Assembly: GCA_046754105.1 (NCBI GenBank)
Contig: JBHHVD010000052.1
Span: forward strand, 1 to 22,223
DNA: 22,223 nucleotides
Reading direction: 5' to 3'
From: Candidatus Krumholzibacteriia bacterium
GTDB taxonomy: Bacteria > Krumholzibacteriota > Krumholzibacteriia > WVZY01
A program made the translations under genes and the position numbers. The notes under the pieces were generated by a model, which saw only the letters and a list, made by a program, of their open reading frames with translations, had not been told where the DNA came from and made no database searches. Each line of letters opens with the position of its first letter. The first letter of the stretch is position 1. Shown piece after piece: positions 1 to 7,018 of this stretch.

Positions 1-23
1 TATATCGCGAGCATCCGTGACAT
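1..23 (-). CDS. 5' fragment of next gene, probably the ABC-2 permease partner (GldF-like); runs off the window edge
   Basis: ATG (cat 21-23) overlaps the ATPase stop codon (TAATG coupling). It reads MSRMLAI...; product inferred only from its position after an ABC-2 ATPase. Confidence 0.5.
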
Positions 24-967
24 TACTCGGGTTCCTCTCGCGTCACCAGCTTGACGAAAATGTCTTCGAGGCTCATGTCGGCCGTCTCGAGCGACAACAA
101 TCCGAAACCGCCGTCGACCAGCGCCCGGGAAACAGATTCGCGGACGTCCTCGCCGGCTCTCGATTCGACCCGCAGCCGGTGTGTGTCCGCCGAGACGCTG
201 CCCCCACGCTCCACGGACCGTACCCCGGGCAGCTTCCGGAGGCAGCCCGCGATGGCGGACACGTCACCTCGCGCCACGAGGTCAATGACGGTCGCGTGGC
301 TCAGGCGCGACTTGAGGTTCTCGGGCCGGTCCACGGCCACGAGCTTGCCGCGATCGATAATGATGACGCGGTCGCACAAGAGACTCACCTCTGGCAGTAT
401 ATGCGTACTGAGGATGATCGTGCGTTCTCCGGCGAGATTCCGGATCAACTCGCGGATCTCGATAATCTGGCGGGGGTCGAGGCCGACGGTCGGCTCGTCG
501 AGAATCAGCACCTCGGGGTTGTTGACGAGCGCCTGCGCGAGACCCACGCGCTGACGGTAGCCCCGAGAGAGCTGGCCGACCTGCCGGTGCCTCACCTGCG
601 AGATACCGCATTCCTGCATCACCTGCCCGATGCGCCCGGACCGCGTCTTCCGCGGCATGCCCTTGAGCCGGGCCACGAAGTCGAGGTAGCCGGTGACCCG
701 CAGGTCGCCGTACAAGGGCACGTTCTCGGGCAGGTAGCCGATGCGCCGGCGTACCTCGAGGGACTGTTCCATGACGTCGTAGCCGGCCACGCGGGCGGAG
801 CCGGCTGTCGGCGGCAGGTAGCAGGTCAGCATGCGCATCGTCGTCGTCTTGCCCGCTCCGTTCGGACCGAGAAACCCGAGGATCTCGCCCTTTTTCGCGC
901 GGAAACTAATCTGCGACACGGCGCGATGTTGGCCGTAGTGTTTGCTGAGGTTTCGGACGTCAATCAT
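23..967 (-). CDS. ABC-2 type transporter ATP-binding protein (GldA-like)
   Basis: Likely start MIDVRNLSKHYG at 967. Walker A GPNGAGKTT, signature variant LSRGYRQRVGLAQAL, Walker B ILDEPTVGLDP, H-loop STH, C-terminal SLEDIFVKL. Confidence 0.93.
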   Translation of the reverse strand: MIDVRNLSKHYGQHRAVSQISFRAKKGEILGFLGPNGAGKTTTMRMLTCYLPPTAGSARVAGYDVMEQSLEVRRRIGYLPENVPLYGDLRVTGYLDFVARLKGMPRKTRSGRIGQVMQECGISQVRHRQVGQLSRGYRQRVGLAQALVNNPEVLILDEPTVGLDPRQIIEIRELIRNLAGERTIILSTHILPEVSLLCDRVIIIDRGKLVAVDRPENLKSRLSHATVIDLVARGDVSAIAGCLRKLPGVRSVERGGSVSADTHRLRVESRAGEDVRESVSRALVDGGFGLLSLETADMSLEDIFVKLVTREEPE

Positions 968-1070
968 AATGGAATTCGAGGCGCGGCCCACGTCGAGCGA
1001 CCGCTGCAATCGCTATCGGCAACCCGGCCGTCGGGCCGGCGCGGCCGACGTGTGCGGTGAGGGTGTTTTG

Positions 1071-1100
1071 AAGATAATCACCCGCCCAAATGCGTGTCAA
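1071..1100 (-). promoter_or_regulatory. sigma70-type promoter for the ABC operon
   Basis: Minus-strand TTGACA (1100-1095), 18 nt spacer, TATCTT (1076-1071), about 100 nt upstream of the ATG at 967. Confidence 0.6.
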
Positions 1101-1217
1101 TCGGCAAAACACGCGGCGCCGGCAGCCGGGCCGGCCGCACCCGAGGCGCCTTGCCGGTCCCCGGCGGCCGCGGCCGGGGCGGCGACCGCCCCATCGGGTT
1201 TGTCCACGAGAAATAAA

Positions 1218-1246
1218 TTGCGATGCGGGCAAAAGAGGAGTAACAT
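1218..1246 (+). promoter_or_regulatory. sigma70-type promoter for the 1281-2229 gene pair
   Basis: TTGCGA (1218-1223), 17 nt spacer, TAACAT (1241-1246), preceded by A-rich AAATAAA. Confidence 0.5.
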
Positions 1247-1280
1247 TCTCGCTTCGATCTGCGTAACACTGACTGAGCAC

Positions 1281-1841
1281 ATGAGACACACCCACGGAAT
1301 AGCAGGCAGGGAGGGGGCGAACTACCTGCCGGCGCGCTGGAAATCGGCGGTGCTGGCCGTCTTGTGCGTACTGCTCCCGGCGCAGGCCCTAGCGGTCGAC
1401 GGGGCCGTGCTGCGCTCGCTCGTGATCCCGGGCACCGGACAGGCCCACCAGGGCCACCTGACCAAGGCCGCGGTGTTCGCCGGTGTGGCGGTCGTTTCGG
1501 GAGTGGGCCTCCTGGTGAGCGGGGTGCAGTACAACCAATCCGTCACCCGCTTCCGCAACGAAAAGCGCGCGTTCGCCGCCCTGCAGGACGACTTGAACGC
1601 CGGACAGATCGTATCCATCGACGAGTTCAACACCCGTTTCGCCTCGATGCACGCGGCGTTCGACCAGGCGCATTCCAGGGTACAGTGGCGGAACGCGTTT
1701 TTGATATCGCTGGCGACGGTTTACGTGCTCAACGTCGCTGACGTGCTAAGAAACGAGCACCACGATCGTGATGTTGCCCTTCGCTACTCGATCGATGCCA
1801 GCCGTGAAAGGGTTCTTGTGGCCAGGAGCTTCCGGTTCTGA
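1281..1841 (+). CDS. Exported/membrane protein, DUF5683-like
   Basis: Signal-like AVLAVLCVLLPAQALA followed by AVLRSLVIPGTGQ (SxxxPGxGQ motif), a hydrophobic helix, a helical segment, a second hydrophobic helix and C-terminal ...VARSFRF. The ORF-track start at 942 overlaps the divergent gene and promoters. Start is ATG 1281 or CTG 1326 (after GGGAGG). Confidence 0.7.
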   Translation: MRHTHGIAGREGANYLPARWKSAVLAVLCVLLPAQALAVDGAVLRSLVIPGTGQAHQGHLTKAAVFAGVAVVSGVGLLVSGVQYNQSVTRFRNEKRAFAALQDDLNAGQIVSIDEFNTRFASMHAAFDQAHSRVQWRNAFLISLATVYVLNVADVLRNEHHDRDVALRYSIDASRERVLVARSFRF

Positions 1842-1842
1842 T

Positions 1843-2229
1843 ATGCGTAGCCTGCGAGTCGTAATCACAATTGGGCTGGTTTCGGCCCTGGCGCTCGCGG
1901 CGGCATGCTCGCGACACGCGGAAGAGGATCTCCTCGCCTTTCCCGCTCTCGTCCAGTCACCCGCTCCCGACAGCCTGCGCGTGACCACGTCGAACGATAT
2001 CGAGTACGGTCTGAAGTGGTTCATGAGCGACGTTTCCAACGTCCAGTTCTACCGCGTGTACAACCTCGATCCGTTTACCGGGGCCCCCGTGTTCCTCGAC
2101 TCCACCGTGGTGGACACCACAACCGTGAACACGTTGATCCCCACGCCGGGTATCGTCTTCGGGATATCCTCGGTCAGTACCGGCTCTGTGGAGAGCAGCA
2201 TCGTCTTCGGCGCGGCGCCGTCTCCGTAG
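1843..2229 (+). CDS. Lipoprotein with a beta-rich (fibronectin III-like) domain
   Basis: ATG 1 nt after the upstream stop. MRSLRVVITIGLVSALALAAA-C lipobox. The P.SLRV...LKW...FYRVY...ISSV..GSVES pattern resembles an Fn3 sandwich. Confidence 0.75.
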   Translation: MRSLRVVITIGLVSALALAAACSRHAEEDLLAFPALVQSPAPDSLRVTTSNDIEYGLKWFMSDVSNVQFYRVYNLDPFTGAPVFLDSTVVDTTTVNTLIPTPGIVFGISSVSTGSVESSIVFGAAPSP

Positions 2230-2331
2230 CGGCTGGGCCGTTCTTCTGGATGATTTTGTATCTTAGTATATATCAGTGGAATACAACTATTACCTGAGGT
2301 GACAGGTCAACGTGGCTGCCGCCGACCGTAA

Positions 2332-2347
2332 TGGTACGGTCCATGCT
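2332..2347 (+). promoter_or_regulatory. sigma54-like -24/-12 promoter
   Basis: TGGTACGGTCCATGCT: GG(2333-34)-N10-GC(2345-46), close to the TGGCACG-N4-TTGCW consensus. Confidence 0.45.
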
Positions 2348-2358
2348 ACCCCCGTAGC

Positions 2359-2973
2359 ATGACCGAAACCGACGAGCAACTATCCGTACACAGCCGGAAA
2401 TTCTACAAGGTCGTCCTCGAGGCCATCGACGACGAGAATGAGACGATGGAGAGCTTCGCGATCAAGCTCTCCATGCGGTTGCGCGTGCCGTTTCCGCGGA
2501 TCCGCCAGGTGTTACGGCAACTGCCCTGCACGGTCAAGAGCCACGTGACGGCCGCCCAGGCCAACCGGCTCAAGGCCATGATCGAGGAGGTGGGCGGCCG
2601 CGTGCGTCTGGAGACGCATTTTGCCACACCGGGCTCCAGGGAAGATGCGCCCGAGGATCTCCGGGACGATGCCGGGGGGGCGAAGGATGAGGGAAAGATC
2701 CAGTGCCCGGCGTGCGGGTGGGAGTCGGATGAAGGCGCTCAGTTTTGCTCGATGTGCTTGAGGCGATTCCGCGACACCCGGCAACGCCGCGACAGCCTGG
2801 GCACGGAGATTCCGCACGACAATCCGCTGGACGAGCAGTCGTTCCGCAGGTCTGCCGGCGCCGAGCCGTCCCCATCGCCGGCGTTCGACCCGGTGGCGTT
2901 CTGGGGACGCTACAAGCTACCGATTCTCATCGGCGGCGCGGTTCTCCTGCTGCTCGTTATCCTGTTGAAATAG
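2359..2973 (+). CDS. Membrane-anchored protein: L7/L12 C-terminal-like domain + zinc ribbon + C-terminal TM helix
   Basis: N-terminal FYKVVLEA...LPCTVKSHVTAAQANRLKAMIEEVGGRVRLE, then CPACG...FCSMC, then C-terminal LPILIGGAVLLLLVILLK. Confidence 0.8.
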   Translation: MTETDEQLSVHSRKFYKVVLEAIDDENETMESFAIKLSMRLRVPFPRIRQVLRQLPCTVKSHVTAAQANRLKAMIEEVGGRVRLETHFATPGSREDAPEDLRDDAGGAKDEGKIQCPACGWESDEGAQFCSMCLRRFRDTRQRRDSLGTEIPHDNPLDEQSFRRSAGAEPSPSPAFDPVAFWGRYKLPILIGGAVLLLLVILLK

Positions 2974-3885
2974 GTTTCCCTGCGACGCGGAGGGCCGGGC
3001 GGCCGCCGGGCCGTGAGACACCGGGCGTGCGAGGCCGGCCAGGTGTGGAAAACGGGCGAGCAGCTGCGGCGGGGCTTCCACCGGCGTACCGGATAGCATG
3101 GCTTTGAGCTGCAGCGCGTTGGCGACCGCCTGCCCGCGAAAATGGTTGTTGAGCACTACGTGCACGCGCTCTTGACCGCTCGCGAGGCGGTCTATGCGCC
3201 GGTGTATGACGGACAGCTCGTCTCCGGAGTAGAGATAATCGTAGCGGGCGTCGCGCCCCGCCTTGCGGTCGAACCATCGATCCCGGTTGCGGCCGTGAAG
3301 ACGAAAATAGTACCCGGCCGCGCCGGGCTGGAAAACCGACGGCTCGAGCGAGGCGCCGACGAGCGGCTGATCGACCCCGCAGAGCGTCACGTTTCGCTCG
3401 CGAAAAAACTGCCTCGAGCCATCCGCACTCCAACTCGCGTGACGGACTTCCACGGCCGAAGGGAAGGGCGACAAACGCTCGGTCAAACTGCACACGTAAT
3501 CGCGTGCCTCACGCGAGAAGCGAAAGGACCACGGAAACTGGAGCAAGACCGTGCTCAACACACCCGCGTCGAACAACGGGTCGATCGCCGACTTGAACAC
3601 ATGCATGTGACGTGCACCGGTGTTCGTCCTCCCGTGGGTGAACTCGGAGTTGGCTTTCACGCTGAACGCGAAGCCCTCGCGATCGGCGACCCGCCGTACC
3701 CAGCTGCGACACGTGTCCGCGCTCGGAACCCTGTAGAATGTGCTGTTGATCTCGATCAGATTAAAGTATGATGCGATATAGACGAGCGGGTCGAAGACCC
3801 GCGGTTTTGGACGCGGGTAGACGATGCCTTCCCAGTCCGGATAGGACCAGCCTGCTGGACCGATATAGAGTTTCGATTTCATCAT
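2917..3885 (-). CDS. DUF72 (YecE-like) TIM-barrel protein
   Basis: IGPAGWSYPDWEGIVYP, IEINSTFY, LLQFPWSF, AVEVRHASW, YFRLHGRN, RYDYLYS, NNHFRGQAVANA. SD GGAGTAGG upstream. Confidence 0.93.
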   Translation of the reverse strand: MMKSKLYIGPAGWSYPDWEGIVYPRPKPRVFDPLVYIASYFNLIEINSTFYRVPSADTCRSWVRRVADREGFAFSVKANSEFTHGRTNTGARHMHVFKSAIDPLFDAGVLSTVLLQFPWSFRFSREARDYVCSLTERLSPFPSAVEVRHASWSADGSRQFFRERNVTLCGVDQPLVGASLEPSVFQPGAAGYYFRLHGRNRDRWFDRKAGRDARYDYLYSGDELSVIHRRIDRLASGQERVHVVLNNHFRGQAVANALQLKAMLSGTPVEAPPQLLARFPHLAGLARPVSHGPAAARPSASQGNLFQQDNEQQENRAADENR

Positions 3886-3915
3886 GACCTACTCCGTACG
3901 CCCAATCTGATACAG

Positions 3916-5424
3916 ATGCAGAAGAAAGAGTCCGCTTTTCTTCTCTGGCTGCTCGCTGTCTCGCTGCTGTTGAGACTCTACAGGATACACTCCCAGAGCC
4001 TGTGGGTAGACGAACTTCTTACCCTCAATGTCAGCGTTCCGAGGCCGGGCCTGAACATCTGGGACTATCTGAAGTATAACATCCACGGGCCGCTCCATTC
4101 ATTCGTAGTTTACCTCTTTCACTTCGTCAGTGTGCACGATGGATGGCTGCGTGTGCCGAGCGTCGCGGCCGGCGTCGCGGGGGTCTTTTACTTCTACCGC
4201 TGGGTGGGTGTGTGGCTCGGCGAGCGAGTCGCCCGCCGTGCCGCCGTGCTGCTTGCCGTGCACCCGCTGCACGTCTACTACTCGCAGGAACTGCGCAACT
4301 ACAGTCTGCTCTTTTTCTTCGGCATGTTCGCGAGCTATTTTCTGCACGGGCTGCTAAAGAAAGAGACCCCGCGACGCTTTCTCGCGTACGTCCTGGGAAT
4401 CGCGGCGTCGGCGTTGTGCAACTTCTCATCCGCGTTCTTGTACGTCGTCCACTCGATCCTGTACCTGGCGCGTCGCGCGCCCGGCCGCCGCTTCGCGCGC
4501 TGGGCGGTCGTGTCCATGCTGGTGGCGGGGGTGATTTCGCCGTGGGTCTATCGCATCTACAAAGTGGTCGACCTGCCGAGTCTGGTAACACCGGTGCTGC
4601 CCGGAGATCTCGAGGACAGCGAGCGGCTGCGCGGGGACACGACCGTCACCCTGGCCGCGATTCCATACGCGTTGTACACGTTCAGCGTCGGCTTCAGCAT
4701 GGGGCCGTCGACCCGCGAGCTGCACGGGGACCCGTCGTTGCGGTCGGTGCTCGGGAGCCACACGGGCGCGATCCTGTGGGTGACGTTGGTCTTCGGCGCG
4801 GCGGGTTTGCTCGGTGCGGTGGGGGCGGTGCGCCGCGGGGACCCGTGGCCCCAGGTCGCCCTGTATCTGTGGCTGCCGATCGCCCTCGTCATCCTGCTCT
4901 GCTGGCAGAACGCGAAGGCGTTCAACGTCCGCTACGTGCTGCTTTCGTTCCCGGCGTACCTGTGCCTGATCGCCATGGGTATCGAGTGGCTGCCGGGACG
5001 GTGGTCGAGGGCGCTGTGGGTACTCGTCCTTGCCACATTGCTCTACTCGCTTGGCAACTATTACTTCAATGGCTCCTACGCCCGAGAGGACGTTCGTGGG
5101 GCGGCGCGCTACGTCAAGGCCAATGCCGCCCCTGGAGACTGCGTGCTCGCCCCGACCGTGATGCACGTCTTCACCCGTTACTACGGCGAGGAGGGTGTGT
5201 ACTCGGTGCGGGCCCCGGCGGGCAAACCCGTCCGGCGCGTCGACGAGGAACTGGCGGCCCTTCTTGCAAACTGCGAGACCTTGTGGTACGTCCGGGCCCG
5301 GGAGTGGGAGGACGATCCGCACGGCTACGTGCTGAACAGTTTGGACCGCCGTCTACTTCGACTGCAAACCGTTAACTATGATGGCGTTACAGTAACTGCT
5401 TACCGCATGCCCGATTCCCAATAA
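3916..5424 (+). CDS. GT-C fold membrane glycosyltransferase (GT39/PMT_2, ArnT-like)
   Basis: Many TM segments, SLWVDE acidic motif after TM1, HGPLH, LRVPSV, YYSQELRNYSL, RYVLLSFP, and a C-terminal extracytoplasmic domain. Confidence 0.88.
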   Translation: MQKKESAFLLWLLAVSLLLRLYRIHSQSLWVDELLTLNVSVPRPGLNIWDYLKYNIHGPLHSFVVYLFHFVSVHDGWLRVPSVAAGVAGVFYFYRWVGVWLGERVARRAAVLLAVHPLHVYYSQELRNYSLLFFFGMFASYFLHGLLKKETPRRFLAYVLGIAASALCNFSSAFLYVVHSILYLARRAPGRRFARWAVVSMLVAGVISPWVYRIYKVVDLPSLVTPVLPGDLEDSERLRGDTTVTLAAIPYALYTFSVGFSMGPSTRELHGDPSLRSVLGSHTGAILWVTLVFGAAGLLGAVGAVRRGDPWPQVALYLWLPIALVILLCWQNAKAFNVRYVLLSFPAYLCLIAMGIEWLPGRWSRALWVLVLATLLYSLGNYYFNGSYAREDVRGAARYVKANAAPGDCVLAPTVMHVFTRYYGEEGVYSVRAPAGKPVRRVDEELAALLANCETLWYVRAREWEDDPHGYVLNSLDRRLLRLQTVNYDGVTVTAYRMPDSQ

Positions 5425-5447
5425 AACGTAGTCGCCCCCCGGCCGCC

Positions 5448-5464
5448 GGGACGATTTCTTGCAT
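5448..5464 (+). promoter_or_regulatory. Possible sigma54-like promoter for lipoprotein 5590
   Basis: GG(5449-50)-ACGATTTCTT-GC(5461-62)AT. The -12 element TTGCA is perfect; the -24 element is imperfect. Confidence 0.35.
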
Positions 5465-5589
5465 AGACTTTACCCGGGCCGCAGCCGGTCCGGGCGCCCT
5501 CGAGTCGGCCGGTCCCCTTCGCCACGGCCACGACAGCTCGTGGTCCCGCAGAACGGATTCGCATCCATTGCCACATCGAGGAGGCGCTC

Positions 5590-6066
5590 ATGAACTCGAT
5601 ACATCACATTCTGCTCATCGGGGCGACCGTAGCCGTTGCCGCTTCCTGCGCCCACGTACCCCGCTCTCTCAAGCAAACGGAAGCCACCGAGAGCCTGCGC
5701 ACGCTCTACCTGCGCGAGCACCCCGACGGCCGCTTCAACGACCGCATCGGCAACGCCGAAATCGTCGTCGGCATGGGTGTCATGGAAGTCCTCGCGTCGT
5801 GGGGTATCCCGGACCGCCGCCTGGCGACCGGCCCCCATAGGGAGACATGGACCTACGCCTCGCGGGACGAGTTCAGCAAGGACTCGGTGTCGTATTCGCT
5901 GATTTTCCGCCGGCGCGTTCTCTCCAGCTGGGAGAGCGGCCGCACGACGGCCGCGGTCGGCAGTCAGCCGCCTCCCGGGATCGAAGAGTCCACGCCGGGC
6001 CGGCCACCCGTCCTGGTGGCGCCCCGTGGCGCCTTCAAGGCCGGGGACAGGACGCCCAAGAAGTGA
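5590..6066 (+). CDS. Lipoprotein, BamE/SmpA-like domain (paralogue 1)
   Basis: SD GAGGAGG (5578-5584), lipobox VAAS-C, IVVGMGVMEVLASWGIPD...ETWTY...LIF motif, Pro-rich tail. Confidence 0.8.
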   Translation: MNSIHHILLIGATVAVAASCAHVPRSLKQTEATESLRTLYLREHPDGRFNDRIGNAEIVVGMGVMEVLASWGIPDRRLATGPHRETWTYASRDEFSKDSVSYSLIFRRRVLSSWESGRTTAAVGSQPPPGIEESTPGRPPVLVAPRGAFKAGDRTPKK

Positions 6067-6181
6067 CACCCCGCGTCCGCTGACCGTCCGGCGGGGAAGT
6101 GTGTAACCGTATCCCCGACAACAACGTATACGATCAGGCCCGGGTTCGTCACGACCCCCCCTACCCAGCCTCAGGGGTTTC

Positions 6182-6190
6182 TGCTACACT
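6182..6190 (+). promoter_or_regulatory. Extended -10 promoter element (TGnTAnnnT)
   Basis: TGCTACACT in the intergenic region. No convincing -35. Confidence 0.4.
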
Positions 6191-6196
6191 ATGGGT

Positions 6197-6308
6197 GACA
6201 CTGGATGCCATCGGACTTTTGGGAGGTTCGAGATTGCCCAGGCTGTCGTCCATCGGAAGTTCCGTAGGGGGGAAGTGCGTATCCACGGCGTTCGCTGTGG
6301 ATTTTTTT
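6197..6308 (+). ncRNA. Candidate structured leader RNA or sRNA (family not recognised)
   Basis: Bounded by an extended -10 and an intrinsic terminator. Internal 8-bp hairpin 6211-6231. The 5' segment 6202-6208 is complementary to 6279-6285. Confidence 0.35.
6281..6308 (+). terminator. Rho-independent terminator
   Basis: Stem ATCCACGGC / GCTGTGGAT (9 bp, one G-U) with GTTC loop, followed by a T run to 6308. Confidence 0.75.
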
Positions 6309-6346
6309 GTGGTCCTGCGTTCGCGTTTCTACCGGGGAGGCCAATG

Positions 6347-6832
6347 ATGAAACTCCCACGCGGTATCCCGCTCTTCGTGCTGGCGGGGACCCTTGTCGCA
6401 TCTTGTTCCCACGCGCCGCGGCTGGCGACGGTCCCGGCCGGCCGGCAAGACCTGCGCGCGGAGTTCCTGCGTAATAATCCCGACGGCAAGTTTAATCGCC
6501 ATATCAAGAACGGCGAGATCGTCCGGGGCATGGGTGTGGTCGAAGTCCTTGCGTCGTGGGGCCTGCCCAACATGAGGCGGCTCGGCGGCGCGGACCTGGC
6601 GGAGTACTGGACGTACTATTCCCGCGATCCGCATACGAGTACGTTCACCGTCTACGACCTGGTCTTTCAGCAGCGAGTGCTCTTCCGTTGGGTGGTCGAG
6701 TCCGACATCCACTCGTACGACGAGCTCGTGCAGCGCGACCTGATCGGCACACCCCCCTCGGGAACGGGAACCAGGCCCGAGGACGTGGGCGGGTCGATAA
6801 ACGACAGCGGTACCCTCAAGAAGAAACCCTAG
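6347..6832 (+). CDS. Lipoprotein, BamE/SmpA-like domain (paralogue 2)
   Basis: SD GGGGAGG (6334-6340), start ATG 6347 (or 6344), lipobox LVAS-C, IVRGMGVVEVLASWGLPN...EYWTY...LVF. Confidence 0.8.
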   Translation: MKLPRGIPLFVLAGTLVASCSHAPRLATVPAGRQDLRAEFLRNNPDGKFNRHIKNGEIVRGMGVVEVLASWGLPNMRRLGGADLAEYWTYYSRDPHTSTFTVYDLVFQQRVLFRWVVESDIHSYDELVQRDLIGTPPSGTGTRPEDVGGSINDSGTLKKKP

Positions 6833-6923
6833 GGGCAGACGTGCGCGTGCTGCCGCCGGCCCCCCGCCGGCGGTTGCTTTCCGTCCGACCGGGCCTGTTC
6901 CGGCCGCAGGCGCGTATCGAGCC

Positions 6924-6952
6924 TTGACTTTCCGCAGGGCGTTTTCTATTCT
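6924..6952 (+). promoter_or_regulatory. sigma70 promoter of the hsp20-lon operon
   Basis: TTGACT (6924-6929), 17 nt spacer, TATTCT (6947-6952). Confidence 0.7.
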
Positions 6953-7018
6953 CGCTAAAGCCTTTGTTTTTAGACTAGTTCCGGGTCACGAGGACCGGAT
7001 TGCCAAGGGGTGATCGCC

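Noticed and set aside
1110..1192. Very GC-rich palindromic stretch between the divergent promoters (e.g. CCCCGGCGGCCGCGGCCGGGG)
   Set aside because: No T-tract and no second copy in the window. Such stems arise readily at near-100% GC.
2261..2277. TAGTATATATCAGT resembling a LexA SOS box, NrdR box or dif site
   Set aside because: Only one half-site (CAGT) fits CTG-N10-CAG. It does not match NrdR or XerC/D consensus, and no cognate genes are adjacent.
6145..6250. Minus-strand words GCCTGGGCA and GGTCGTGAC reminiscent of the ZTP (pfl) riboswitch; also considered c-di-AMP, c-di-GMP and CsrA-sponge GGA repeats
   Set aside because: The ZTP elements are in the wrong order with no gene downstream on that strand. 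Core motifs of the other classes are absent, and the GGA motifs are not ANGGA in loops.
6833..7018. Searched for CIRCE/HAIR heat-shock operators upstream of hsp20
   Set aside because: No TTAGCACTC-N9-GAGTGCTAA or CTTGAGT-N7-ACTCAAG is present. Only a short CTAAA-N9-TTTAG inverted repeat (6955-6973), too weak to call.
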